In this document: positions 23,214-35,290 of the stretch, one piece after another
Layout: each line of letters opens with the position of its first letter
Numbering within the stretch: the first letter of the stretch is position 1
Notes under the pieces: model-generated
Told to the model about the DNA's origin: nothing
Seen by the model: only the letters and a program-made list of their open reading frames with translations
The model's database searches: none
Translations under genes and position numbers: made by a program
Assembly (NCBI GenBank): GCA_900088475.1
Contig: FLMG01003944.1
Coordinates: 1 to 41,509 of the forward strand
DNA: 41,509 bases
Origin: Hyphochytrium catenoides
Taxonomy: Eukaryota; Protista; Hyphochytriomycota
Direction of reading: 5' to 3'

Positions 23214-24050
23214 GAGAGAGAGAAAGACGGAGAGAGGAGGGAGAGAGGGAGAGGAAGAGAGCAAGAGAGAGAGAGAGGGAGAGGAGTAAAATGTATAAGG
23301 GGAACAAATCTGTATCTCCAGTGCATGAACAGGGCGGTTTATGATCAGGTAGATCGGGACAGGCGTGGTGTTGTAGGCGGCTAAGGATCGAGTAGGTTTG
23401 TAATCTCTCAAGTAAACCTCCCCTTGAAAGAGCTTCAACACCTCTCCCCAGCTTATTCTGCTACCTAGAGAATAGCTGAGGAGAGGTATCTTTCTACTCT
23501 TTACGTAGCAGCGTTTCTCATGGGTACCGTAATTCTACTGGGAGAAGGTCTCTGCCATCCCTGAAAGGACACAAAGCAGCCAACATGAAGACCCAAGATC
23601 ACTCGACAGATCAATAAGATTGCCAACCAAATGATTATTCTCTGATAATCACAGCCAACCCAAAAACGGCCTTGATGATGCGAAGCCTCCACTTCCCCAC
23701 TCTTTTCATTAGAGTTTCTGCATCTTCATATCATCGGCTTTTGGAGCTCTGCCATCACGGTGACGCTGAGTTTATCGCCATCTGCTTCCCTCATCAGGGC
23801 ATAGAAGATGATTGAAAAGAGGTAGAATGGGATAGATAACAACTGATACTCACAGAGAGGTTGTAGGTAGAGAGTGGGTAGCTGGCGCCTGCGGTGGAAC
23901 AATGTGTGGAATCGTCTTTCGAGATAGACCACTACGGTTGCAGGTGTGGGCACGATGAAGGTGGAGAAGAATGAGTATATGGACTGAAGACTATTAGGAG
24001 AAATGTTAGTACCACCACCGCCAATAGGCAGCGATCACCACAGGCGAGTT
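22364..24050 (-). pseudogene. Exon-like segments with in-frame stops: either the broken 5' part of the lipase-fusion gene or a separate decayed gene
   Basis: A signal-like CLLAVVVLTFLLIVFSP is followed by LQP*WSISKDDSTHC..YNLS|gtgagt (TAG at 23932-23934). The next exon reads GWQRPSPSRITVPMRNAAT*KSRK.. (TAA at 23501-23503). CT-rich tracts on the minus strand look intronic. No in-frame ATG was found. Confidence 0.3.
23120..23285. repeat. (GA)n/(CT)n microsatellite tract (intronic)
   Basis: Nearly uninterrupted gagagaga run. It produces the spurious SL- and ER-repeat ORFs in the track. Confidence 0.9.
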
Positions 24051-24118
24051 ATCGAGTGCATGGTACACCCACGCATCGTTTGATACCGTGACCGTGCACT
24101 ATCTTTCTCTACGTCAAA

Positions 24119-27100
24119 ATGTTTTCGACAAAACTCCTCGAGACAGCTGTTCAATGTCCTTCAGAGGCCAAGGAGCTCTTCCTAGCAAATCGGGAGCTAG
24201 GGGATGACAGTATGACTCAGATCCCATGGGCCAGCTTCTCTCAGTTGAGAAGCCTTAACCTTGCAGTAAGCTTTACTTTTAGTCCCTATAGATCTAGGCT
24301 AGTCCCTATAGATCTAGGCTCAAGCCTACGTCCTCCTCTCTCTTAATCTTACTTCCCAACTCGAGTTACATTTCAATGCTCTTATCTGATGTCTTCTCTC
24401 ACCGTCTCCGTATGTGGATGTCCATCTTTGCACCTTCAACCTAACTACCGCCGCTCTATCGCTGGTGGTTCCTTTGCAGTTCAATAAGCTGACTCGCATG
24501 CCAGAATTAGAGAAGGTATTTCTTACTCCCGTTGCGCTGCTTGGTCTTTACCTCTGTCTTCCTTTTGTACTCCTGCCTTACCGCCCTTCTGAATCCACAC
24601 TACGTTACCTTATTTAGTCCTATACAGGCCAGGTCTTTCTAACTTCTCTCTTCGGTTTTTCTCTCTCCAACTGTCCTCAGCCTTGTCTTACTCTTTCGCT
24701 GCCAACGTGTCCGCCTTCTTTCTCTCTCGGCCCTCTCCTTTGAGCCTCCCTGCCTTACTCACCTCTCTTTCCATTTCTTTGTTTGTAAGTGCTGGGCACT
24801 AGAATATTTAAACATCGCTCACAATAAGATCAGCGATCTAGACGTTGTGCTCTCACTCCCAAGTCTGAGAGTGCTAAAATGCTCCAACAACAAGGTGAGC
24901 AGTCTGAAGCCCATGGAGAGACTGAGCGGCTCCAAGATTGAGCAACTCTGGCTCAACAGCAATAAAATAGAGGCAGACCAGCTTCGACACCTGAAGGTGA
25001 GTTGTGGATCTCTCAGCAAGGAATGAGTAGGGCCTCCGTATGGCTATAGAATAGCGTCCGGGAAAGAGAGGTGGGTAAGAAGGTATAAGCTATGCCATGT
25101 CTCTAGTGATAGGAGGGTAAAGGTCTATAGGAACGGGAAGTGGGCGGCAAATATATGTGAGGACGAAAGCCTGCATTTTAAAAAGTTAAAGAAGAGCTGC
25201 TTTTGGAAAGACTGGCGAAGGAAGCGGGTTGAAGAGGTCAGCAGAAGGCAATGCGGGACTGAATGGGGAGCACGATGACGCTGACATTCTTTTCTTCACC
25301 TGTAGCACCTACCCTCTCTTCGCACCCTCATGGTCTCCCCTAATCCGTGCTCCGACGCACCTAACTTCAGGTAGGGCCATGCAGGTATTCCTGCGATTGA
25401 TTTTGAGTTAGACGAACATCGGCAGAAAGGGAGAGAATATGAGGGCAGGAGAGTGAGAAGAGGTGGGGCGATCGATGAGTGAGGATGCAAACAAGCACTC
25501 ATCTGCGCATTTATAGTCATTTAGTCCTAGAAGCTGCTCCACGACTGTCTGTGGTAGATGGAGAGCCATTAGACACCTTTCAAGAAAAATACGCTGCCAA
25601 GGCATCTTCAGTTACCCCTTCTGCCTCGAGCAAGGAGGAGGTTCAGCCTAGAGACTCTGTAGACAGCGTATCCCTTGCAGAAGAGACCTACCTCAGACCT
25701 TCTTCGTCTCGTTCCTCATCTTCCAATCAGAAGGAGAGGGTCTTGCTTTCGCCATCCACCCCTCACGATGTCCACTCTCCTAGGACGTCAGGTACTCTTC
25801 AATACTTCAAATAGCATGGGATCTTCCCCTTGCATCTTACTCTCTTGCCAATTGTCGTTCGGTGACTCTGTCCTTAGTTTCTCGCTTAGATCTCGTCTAT
25901 TCCTCAGTCTTTTAGTAGTCATTCACCTTTATCCTCTACTCACTTTTCTCCCTTATTTACCTCTGGGCTGTCGTCAATTGTGGTTCATATGTGGACTTCA
26001 GCTGTGCTTCAGAAGACAGGCCTTGCTCTTTTGGAACCCATGAAGAACAGCCGAAAGCAGTCAAAGTCCACGGTTAGGAAGCCTTCAGCAGGTCAAGAGA
26101 TTCCATTGAAGCTACGCTCTGAAGGTGCGCGTAGAAGATAGACGAGAACGGAGCTCACTCTTACTCTTACTCTTTTCTCGGAAGTTGGCTCCTTAATAGT
26201 AAGCTGTGAGCTGCCTTAACCATCGTCCGACTAAGCCTTGTTCTGCTGGAGAATTTCTCCTCTCCCTGTGCGCTTTGGCATGCCTGTATCGTCCCTCGGT
26301 TGGACTCTGCGCATGCCTCTTTGTCTTGCCTAAGTACCTCAGGAATGCTCTTTGTCGTATCTTTCAATTCTATGGAAATCCTTAGCTTATATTGCCTGAA
26401 TAGCTATCTTCTTCAGCACTTTAGCTCCCCTATCATCTGGTCAGTTCCCGCCTCCTATTACTGATCTCTGGTGCCTCCTAATGGGTATGCTTGATTGACG
26501 TTGCTGCCTTTACCTCCCTAGAATTGGACAAGCTGTCAATATTGGATGCCGTAAGCGCCCTTAGCTCTCTAAACCTAAGCAAAGCAACAGTATCTAGCAC
26601 GACTAAGAGGCAGCTCACTGCAAAAAGCAAAGGAAAGAAGAACGACAGAGGGACCAAAGCAAGCAGTGACAGACCCGTGAGCAACAATAACAATGAGGAA
26701 AGCAGAGACGAACAGGATGACGGTAACCTCGTGCAGGAAAGAAAGGACAGACGAGAACGGGCACCACAGGACGAAGGATATGGGGCTCTCCCCTCCGGGC
26801 CTGTAGAGGACGTACTTGTCTCAAGCGAAGTCGAACCCAATCATCAAGAGTTCGGAGCGAGTTTCTTGGAGAATAACTCCTGGAAAGGAACAACCAAACA
26901 GCCTGAGGTTGACAATGAAGAAGAGAAAGCGAAAGAGAGCCAAGCAGGGGAAGTCCAAGTCCAGTATGGGAAGAACGGAGGCGTGGGACTCCTCATCAGA
27001 TCCGATGGCTCTGCGTATGCACGGTGGCCAAACGGGACTCTTGCAGTCTCGGTAGACAGAGAGGGCGAGAGAGAGGGAAGAGAAGGGTGGAGGCTCTTTG

Positions 27101-27687
27101 CGAGACAGAAGAATGGCGCGATAGCTGTAACATTTGACAGCACAAACACCGGCTCTGCTAACTATGGAGGAGGGAATCTTCTCTACTCCTCCGCGAGCAG
27201 TGGATGTGGCTTTATTCTAGACTCAGAGGGCGATGTCTATCGGAACTGGGATGAATCAGGGAACATCATTAACGGAAGCGGAGAACGCTGCAGTCTAGGG
27301 GAAGACGGAAGTGAGTACTTTGAGGCCGTCATCTCAGATGAACTGGGAATCCGACTGTCTTTGGTCCCTGCAAGGAAAGGAGAGAGAGAAGAGAACCAAG
27401 GAGGAACAAGAGCAAAAGAGGCTGATGGGGCTCGGCTACGGCTGGAGTTATTCTTTGCATGCCGGAACATTCACTGCGTCTTGCGATGCGGCAGAAACAC
27501 GTCTCATGGGATCAAAGAGTTTGAAGATCTGCATCACAGTGGTAGGACAAAGCTCTTCACGGACTATCTACAGAGGGAAACAGGTGAAGATGGAGACAGC
27601 AAGAGAAAGGAAGATGCGAAGGACGATGCTCTCACGCACGATGAGCTGAGGAACATGATCCGTGAAGCTACACGTCTCTTAGGGTGA
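24119..27687 (+). CDS. Leucine-rich repeat (SDS22-like + LRRcap) protein with C-terminal FAM194/ERICH6-like domain (about 672 aa)
   Basis: 7 phase-consistent exons: 24119-24265, 24480-24515, 24790-24996, 25306-25370, 25517-25791, 26002-26124, 26522-27687 (2019 nt). LRRs: LRSLNLAFNKL, LEYLNIAHNKI, LRVLKCSNNKV, IEQLWLNSNKI. Cap: NPC..PRLSVVDG. C-terminal DGSAYARWPNGTLAV..AVTFDS..GSANYGGG..GFILDSEG..W resembles the FAM194 pattern as I recall it. Confidence 0.85.
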
Positions 27688-27857
27688 AAAACCCTCTCGG
27701 CTGCGCCTTCTGTACTTGGCCTGTCTGTCAGATACGCCAAGCGGCATCTGTCAGCTAGAAAGAACGCCGTGCTCGTCTTTGCTGAGACAGATATGTACCA
27801 AAGTCTAATAAGACGAAAGATCCGACGGACAGCAGAACAACTATAAGAGGCAGAATG

Positions 27858-30800
27858 CTAAGGCCTCACCAGGCTATTACGACGGTTAAGAAGGCTTACT
27901 AATCCGCTCATGGTGGGAGGTGAGGCCAACGCAGATAAAAAGAAGGCACTGAGGAGCGCAGCTGCGCTCTCCTCTCTGGCCCAGAAGAGCTCATCTAATA
28001 AGACCTTTCATAGGTATGGCAAGCACCACTCCTTATCTCGGCTGACGATGGTCATATATAAAAAAAAAAATATAGGGCAAGTTGACATCGAAAGGAGTGG
28101 ACTCATGACGATGGAAGAGAGAGGGTGGTGAAAGAAAGAGAGAGGATAGAAGTGCAAAAAAGGAAAACACAGAGGAAGGGAAAGAGAAAGAGACGAAGGC
28201 CAAGATCAGATAGGTAGGCAATGTTGCTGCACAGGGGATGCTGACATGCTGATTGCTGAGAGAAGCGAAGACGTTGGGAGAAGTAGTTCCTAGTAGTTCT
28301 AGGTAGTCCATTTTTAATAAAAAAAAGGCTCCTGCTTTGTTCTGCCTGCCCTTCCCTTCATAGGGGAGACCGAGAGCTTCTGGCTTCGTGAAGATGTAGA
28401 TCCATGAGCGGGGACAACGGAATAGATTAGCCGATGGGATGGGAGAGAGAGAGAGAGACAGACGGAGAGAAAAAAGAAGAGAAAGAAGACGGAGAGAGAG
28501 GGATATATATATATATATATCTAGAGAGAGAAGGAAGGAAAGAGAGAGAAAAGAGAAACACTGAGAGGAAGGGAGGAAAGGAAGAGAGACATAGGGATAA
28601 TTGGAGAGACACAGAGAGGGAAAAAGAGAGAAAAACAAAGAGAAAGAGACAGTGAGAGAGAGAGAGAGACAGCCAGAGAGAGAGAGACGGAGAGACAGAG
28701 AGAGAATGAGAGAGAAAAAGGAACAGAAAAGATGAGAATCGATAGGAATCAACCCTCTCTTCCTCTGATGAGGGTTCCGATGCGACGGGGATGGACTGGT
28801 AATTCAAATGCTTATAGAGGATCTTTTACTGTCGCGGCGCCGCAGCACTTGGCTCGCAAGCTCTCACAATCAAGAGTGTCGTCAATTGTCTCTTTCTTTC
28901 CGTCACATAAACATAGATCTAGTTCTGATTCTACTTTCTCTCTTCTTCTATCTCTGTGTCTCCGTTTCTCCCTGGCTCCCCTGGCTCCCTTGGATCTACT
29001 GTTGTCTGCCCCTGGTCTGTCCTCCCTCATCAGGCAACAAGCCCTTCCATTCTTCAACAAAGCCATGGCCAAAACTTGGTCATGACGCAGCGATGAGTAA
29101 GCAGAAGGAAGAGAGGCTGGGCCACAAGAAGAAAGCTCCAGACCCCTTGAACCATCATAAAACTAATAAGTGGATGGGAAGAAAGAATGGAGTTACGGAG
29201 GAGAGAGCACTCCGTAAACCTTGCTGCTGCTGATGAGCCTCAGCTGAAGTTGAAGCGACGAGCAAGGTAGGTTGCTTGTGGGCCTATCACTCATGCTGCC
29301 AGTAGTATCCCATGGATGATAAGGTAAGAAGAGATGCTCTCTTATTATGAGGCAGAAAGTGAGAGCCATGGCAGGGGTCGTGGAGAGAAGGAATGAGGGA
29401 AAGGAACCGAGAAAGAGACAAGCCTATTCTACGTTGTCTCTCAGCCCTTTCCATCCCTCCCGAGAGCCCACTACTAGGAACCTTGGGAGAGCTGATCTAT
29501 GAAGAGCCCAGAAGGATGATGGATTTTGTGCTTGCGCAGCCCTGCTGTTCCCTGACCCGGTCCTTATGGGTGGAAGAGAGAAGACAAAGAGAGGGGATGG
29601 GCCCTACAACTAGAAATCGTAGGCTGGAGAAAGAGGAGAAGAGGTGTAGAGGAGAGGTGTAGAGAAGCAGGGTACCGCGGGCAGCGAGAGGACCAATGTT
29701 CTTGATGACTCGTAACCTCCGCCTGCGGGTTTGCATGCGATTCAGTCTCTCAATACTTAGTCATAAACCTTCTTAGACGATAGGCGGACCCCGAACACGG
29801 AGCACTGGGATAGCGCTGACCTTGGAGAGGAGTATCTTATGTTGAAGAGGACGATGATGAGGAGTGAGAAATGAGAGAGAAGACCACCTGCCTGAAAGCA
29901 GGTCGAGCTTGAGAAGAGAGATGGACTGGGTTAGGGGCATAGCGTGTCAGAATTGGGTCTGATTCCTGCGGCAGAAACGTAGAGAATTGAACCCACTCTG
30001 TTGTCCCAGCAGAGTGAACGGGAAAGAAACAAGGCAGGCAAAGCAGACTGAGGAGGAAAGAAGGAGGAGTATAGAGGGGAAAGAGAAGGAAAGAAAGAGG
30101 GAGACAGAAGAGAGAGAAAGAAAGCAAAGAACAAGAGCTGGTCTACAGGTGGTCGAGGGTCGCGAACCTGCTGCTGCATGGTTGTTTTCATTGTTTGAGC
30201 AGACCCGGCTTCCTTCCAGGCATAAAATGCGTAGAGAAGAAAGGATCTTGTGATCGACAGCTCCCCACCACCTTTCTTCTAGAAAAGAAGAGACAGAGAG
30301 GTCAGAAAGCCACTTTCTTAGCCCACGAAGAGTCTTATTCCTCAGAAAGAGAAAGGCGGACCCTGCGGTGATTTTCTAGATGGATGGCTGGTTGTCTCTC
30401 TCTCTGGCGGCAGTTGTCCTGCCAAAAAAGCGAACAGAAAGGCTTTCGGCTGCTGCACTTCAGCCGATCCTAACCTTTGTGATAGACTTTCGTCCTTAGT
30501 CCTGGCAATAGTTCTACCTCCAAAAGAGTGGTCTCTCGCTTGACTGAGATCCTTTTCCTCTCTGGCTCTCCTTCTCAGCCCTCTCGGTCTCTCTCTCTCC
30601 CTTCTTTTCGTTCTTTCTTTCTCTTTCTCTCCCTTCTGACTTTGTCGTCATCCCTTTATCTTCTCAGTCACTCTTCTCTCGTCCTCCTCGTCTTTCTCAT
30701 CATCTGCGGACCTGTTGGGTCTTCTGTCACGAAGAGGCTTTTTGTCCTTGTTGGCTGTCTGTCACGGTACTGACCACACCAGACGCCGCAGAGAAAGAGA

Positions 30801-30937
30801 CGGGCACTCTGATACTAATAATGCAAGAAGACCAAAAACAAGGCAGAGACGAACTGAAGGACCACCAGAGAGAAGATGGGAAGGATAGAGGGAGGGAGAC
30901 AGAAAGAGAGAGAGAGCGAAAGAGAAAGAGAGAGAGA

Positions 30938-30979
<42 letters not shown>

Positions 30980-33060
30980 AAGAAAGAAAGAAGAGAAAGG
31001 AAGAGAAGAGAAGAAAGAACGAAAGAAAAAGGAAGAGGAAGAAGAGAGAGAGTTGCCAAGACAAAACGGTAGTGAGAGGAGACAAACGAAAGGTATCACG
31101 TCCCACGATAGTCGTAATACATCTCCTTCTTCTGTGAAAGCAGCATTCATAGCTTCTCAGTACTGCCTTAGGGCACAAAAGGAGTCAGAATGAACCTGCT
31201 CAGGAGACCAAGTAACCCAACTATGGCGCTTTTAGTGAGAGAGAGGATGACGAAGGCTTACGTCCGCGAGCTCTCTTCTTTGTAGAGCCACGGGCCCCCA
31301 TCCCCATCCCTCGACACAGCCCCGTCACTCCTTTAGGAAGAGGGAGAGAGACAAGTGGAGAGCGACCCAACAAAGAGAAGGATCACAAAGTGCGAGAAGA
31401 GGAAGACAGAAGACTAGCCTTGTCTAGTGCGAAAGAAATGCGAACAGGGGTGCCAAAGACAGAGAGAGAGAGACAAGAGAGAGGCACACGTGCGCGCGCT
31501 CGAGAGGAGAGAGGCAGGTGGACTGCAAAAGTGGCTTGGCCTGGGTATGTTCCTAGAGATAAGGACTGCCGCTGACTGGCTGACTGGGAGGAAAATCAGC
31601 TTCAACAACCAGGCTCTCTTCTGTTCTCTGAGGTCCCTCTCTCTAACACCCAGCAGTAGAACAGCTACACCGCTAGAACAGCTGCTAGTACAAGTGACCT
31701 TCTAGACGGTGAGAAGGGTTAGACCATTCGGTTTGACAGCAGCCCAGAACTTATGACCTAACGTTCATAAAGAGTGAAAAAGAGTCATCAATAGTCGTAA
31801 CTCTAAAACAGAGACTAGCTTGAGGTGATGGGAAAGAAGCAGATAAGTTCTAACTCATAGACACTACCTTTGACTGACGCGTAGCTTCACCTATCTGAGC
31901 CAAGGGCGAGCAATCCCTAGCCTTAACGCGTGCACTACTGAAGGGCTTTGGGGTCTCTCTACGACGCTAGCCCAAGAGCTAAGTGTAGAACGACTCTACG
32001 GAGACAGGCGGCCCGAATACCCCTGTAATTGCTAGATGAGGGCCTGAATGACCGATCTGTCTGATCCTCGATGAAGAAGGAANNNNNNNNNNNNNNNNNN
32101 NNNNNNNNNNNNNNNNNNNNNNNNNNNNNNNNNNNNNNNNNNGAGAGAGAGAGAGAGAGAGCAGTTGCTCACCTGCGAGAAGTAAAAACGAGGTTGTTTA
32201 TGAACCCAACAGCATCAGCATCCTCTGATCCACAGATGTATTGTCTCAGGCGTGGCATCTTAGGCTCTTGTCGGTCTCCTATGATTGACAATATGGGCTT
32301 TCTACGAGCCTAACATCATCATCGAGCGTCAAGTAGAGAACCTTCAGCCACCTGTTCTTTATAGCCAAAAGTAGTGGATTTACGTGATCTTTTTCCCTGT
32401 CTTTCTTCTTCTCTCTCTCTTGAGCACACACTCTCTCTCTCCTTTCCCTGAGAAGAGAGACAAGCTAGGATGCCCTGTCACATGGAGACAGCCCAATAGC
32501 TCTTCTTGCGCTCTTCGTCGTCCAAGCCCAAGCCCCATCACAGAGGCTAAGAACGCAGGGTTTTTCCCTAGGGACGACGTATACCATTCAGCCTGAGCTC
32601 GGCCCTGTCTTCCGTATGTGATAGAACGAATAGGTTGCCAAGGCTGATCGACGATGAGAAAAGAAGAAAGAGATACAGGGGAAAGAGAGACAAAAGATGC
32701 AGAAAGGAAGAAAGACGGAGAGACAGATCGAGTACCTGGGAGAAAGAGCAGAGCGAGGTTTCTCCTTAGAGCGTCCCGTACGGAGGCTGGTGGAGCAAAA
32801 CGCACTGCCTTTCGCAGGGCTTTACGGAGGACTGAGAAGGACAGGTCTTCCAAGGGCCTGAGGTCCATGTAAAGGAGAAAGGCGAGGGTAAAAACGAGGA
32901 GAACGTACTGCAGGCCAGCCCACTTCTGCTCATCTTTCGCGGTCCTATCACTTTTTCTACTTAACGTGGCGTGCAGTGACTTATTAGGGACAGAAGCCAC
33001 GTCATAGCCTTGGGTTTTAGCTTCTTGGTCATAGCTCTTGATGAGCCCTTGCTTCTCACT
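27858..33060 (-). pseudogene. Multi-exon gene for a type II membrane protein of unknown family, carrying several in-frame stops
   Basis: N-terminal EKQGLIKSYD..KWAGLQYVLLVFTLAFLLYMDL (single TM) with no in-frame ATG. Canonical, phase-compatible splice sites join ..SRT|QY*EAMNAAF..LSWD|YRDRQP.. and ..NHAAA|EWVQFSTFL..RQ. In-frame stops: TGA 31157-31159, TAA 29773-29775, TGA 29761-29763, TGA 28008-28010. Terminal TAG at 27858-27860. Some exon frames are uncertain. Confidence 0.5.
30890..31050. repeat. (GA)n/(GAA)n purine microsatellite (intronic)
   Basis: Long gagagaga/gaaa run, i.e. CT-rich on the minus strand, which is the sense strand of the host gene. Confidence 0.9.
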
Positions 33061-33279
33061 TCTCGATTGTTGCCGCCTGAGGCAACCTACCGGCCCGCCG
33101 CAATCTGATATTATCGCGAACGAAGAAACTCTCTGAGTCCATGCTTTCCCTACTTCTTCCCGCCACTCCCATATATTGAAGAAGAACCATCATCCACCGC
33201 AATAGGTACTCTTCCACGAAGTGTCTGATCGCAGTGGCAACAGCGCCCCTGATCTCGGCTGGGAAGTTTCGTCTCCCTC

Positions 33280-34584
33280 ATGGCTACGGCAATGTTGCCT
33301 TCGCTTCCCCGCTCTGTGTTCTTGCCCAAGTCCTACGAAGGCGCGGGACATTGTCACCAGGGCGTCGGGGCCCGCAGACGACCTTTAAATAACTCTCCCT
33401 CCTCTTCCTCTCCTCTTCCTCTCATTCGGCCAACAGCTTCCTTCTTGGCTGCTTCTGACAAGGTTCCAACGCCTGCTCTTGGAAACGGAGACGAGAACAG
33501 ACTCTCGTATCGAAGAGGGCCTTCCCGTGTTGAAGATGCGGCGCTTCCTCTGCGTGACGTTGGTGGCAGCAAGAGCCATTCAACGGTCGCACATGATAGC
33601 AGCAGTCGGCTGCCAAGGTTGTCACATCAGCGATTGGAAATCCATTCAGAGAGTAAAGTTCGTGCATTCGCTCAAGAGAAACAGTCACGTCACGCTTCGT
33701 CGCCAGGAGTTGAGCAACAAGTTCCAAGCTTCACAAACGCGAGGCCCTTGCCTCTACAAAGTCAGGGTTTTCCGATTCACTTTGCCAGCATGGAACTATC
33801 ATCGTCTTCTCTTATATCTCCTTCCAACTTTGTCAACACCAGCGATGACAGCTTAGGAAAAGGGGTTCGGGCAACCGGAGTGGCATTTATGAGCTTACAT
33901 CAGCCGCCTTCTCTCTCCCCTGCTGGGTCGGACATAAAAGACAAAGGACGGAGTGTTCCACTGCCCCTTAATAACAGTGCCAGGCTGCTTTCTCCTCCTT
34001 CAAAACAATGGCGCCAACAGTCCAGTCCCATGTCTTCTGAGGCTTCAACCATGTACCCTTGCAAGGTGCAGGGATGCTTCAGATATGCAAAAATCAGAGG
34101 GCTTTGCCTGACTCATAAGAGGACTGAGAGTCAGCAAGAACACGGAGAGGTATACATGGGCACGAGGTTAGCGTTTACGGCCCGTCCTCTGACCGCGCCA
34201 CAGAGTGTTAATAATCATAGCGAGAGTGAGGAATCCCAGCTGTTGGAGGAAGAGGAGCTCAAAGATCGACTCTTTATGGCGAAAACGGCCGTCCCGACTT
34301 CATCTAAAAAGTGCAAAGTAGAGAGCTGTCAGAGTCTGGCTAAGACCAAAGGACTCTGCAAGAAGCACGGTGGAGGCATCCGCTGTGGCATGGGTTCGTG
34401 CACCAATAGCGCTAAAAAGGGTGGCTATTGCATCCGACACGGCGGAGGAAGGTGCAAGGTAGAAGGGTGCAAGTCGGGAGAGAGAAAGCGCGGCATGTGC
34501 TACTTCCATAACCGGATTTTGCTGGACGAGGCTACTAGTCCGCCAATGGGCCGTTCTCCGGGTACCGGTGAAGACGAGAGCTAG
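33280..34584 (+). CDS. Intronless protein with a Ser/Pro-rich disordered N-terminus and four WRKY19-like CCCH zinc fingers (434 aa)
   Basis: ATG-to-TAG ORF. Fingers: CKVQGC..GLCLTH, CKVESC..GLCKKHGGG, CGMGSC..GYCIRHGGG, CKVEGC..GMCYFH. Confidence 0.9.
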   Translation: MATAMLPSLPRSVFLPKSYEGAGHCHQGVGARRRPLNNSPSSSSPLPLIRPTASFLAASDKVPTPALGNGDENRLSYRRGPSRVEDAALPLRDVGGSKSHSTVAHDSSSRLPRLSHQRLEIHSESKVRAFAQEKQSRHASSPGVEQQVPSFTNARPLPLQSQGFPIHFASMELSSSSLISPSNFVNTSDDSLGKGVRATGVAFMSLHQPPSLSPAGSDIKDKGRSVPLPLNNSARLLSPPSKQWRQQSSPMSSEASTMYPCKVQGCFRYAKIRGLCLTHKRTESQQEHGEVYMGTRLAFTARPLTAPQSVNNHSESEESQLLEEEELKDRLFMAKTAVPTSSKKCKVESCQSLAKTKGLCKKHGGGIRCGMGSCTNSAKKGGYCIRHGGGRCKVEGCKSGERKRGMCYFHNRILLDEATSPPMGRSPGTGEDES

Positions 34585-34865
34585 ACATAATGCAAGCAGC
34601 ATTGTCCTTTTGTCTACCCTCCCTGGAGACAGCAGTTAAAAGAACAGCAAGAGCAGTGCTGGTGCGACTGCTTATTGATCGGGAAGATGGAAAATTTTGA
34701 TGGTATGTAAGGTTACGAGTGGTGGAAGGTAGAGCCATACAGGCATATATTTATTTGAAGGGGCAGCTATTATTTTATAATGTCGTCAACAACCCTCATG
34801 TTCCTACTGATAAGTACAGTCGCTTTTCCATGAGGTCTGTCCTTCAGTCAATAGCACAACTTCTC

Positions 34866-35290
34866 TAGTCAACGTTGCCCGCTCCCTGCTGGCGCCTGAC
34901 CCACTGACGCGTGTGAAGGAAGGACTTCACTTTCCGTTGTATGCAGCTGTTGAAGGACTGACTCTTTAACTTATCTTTAGCTCTTTCCAGAACATCTCAG
35001 AACTACAATAAACCATGTGGCGCTGGAGAGAACTGTCATAGCTGCTTCGTGGCAGCCGGTGTTGCTATCAAGAAGCGTATCTCAAAAGTGCTGTGTGCCT
35101 TGTCTGAGAGGTCTCGGCCTCGACTTTGGTTCCTGATGAGGGCTCATGAAGGACCAGAATGAGCTAAAGAGAGCGCTTCTCTAGCTCTCCTTGCTTCCCT
35201 TTCTCTTCCTCTTCACGTGGCCCAGCTCACGGGCGATGATGGGCGCCGCGTCCTTCCAAGAAAGCTGGGGCGGCTGCGTCCTCGCTGTAG
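34866..35290 (-). mobile_element. Possible highly decayed pogo/Tc5-like transposase remnant
   Basis: Fragments SWKDAAPIIARELG (HTH-like), ALLRYA and KSQSFNSCIQRKVKSFLHTRQWVRRQ loosely resemble the CENP-B-type HTH of pogo transposases. There are many stops, and no DDE core or TIR pair was seen. Confidence 0.25.

Noticed and set aside
22524-23441. 305-aa ORF and similar SLSLSL or ERERER ORFs (also 28033-28752 and 30727-31193)
   Set aside because: Artefacts of stop-free (CT/GA)n microsatellites in introns.
24281-24320. Exact 20-bp tandem duplication AGTCCCTATAGATCTAGGCT as a CRISPR-like repeat or TSD
   Set aside because: Only two adjacent copies with no spacer, inside an intron. Simple slippage or repair duplication.
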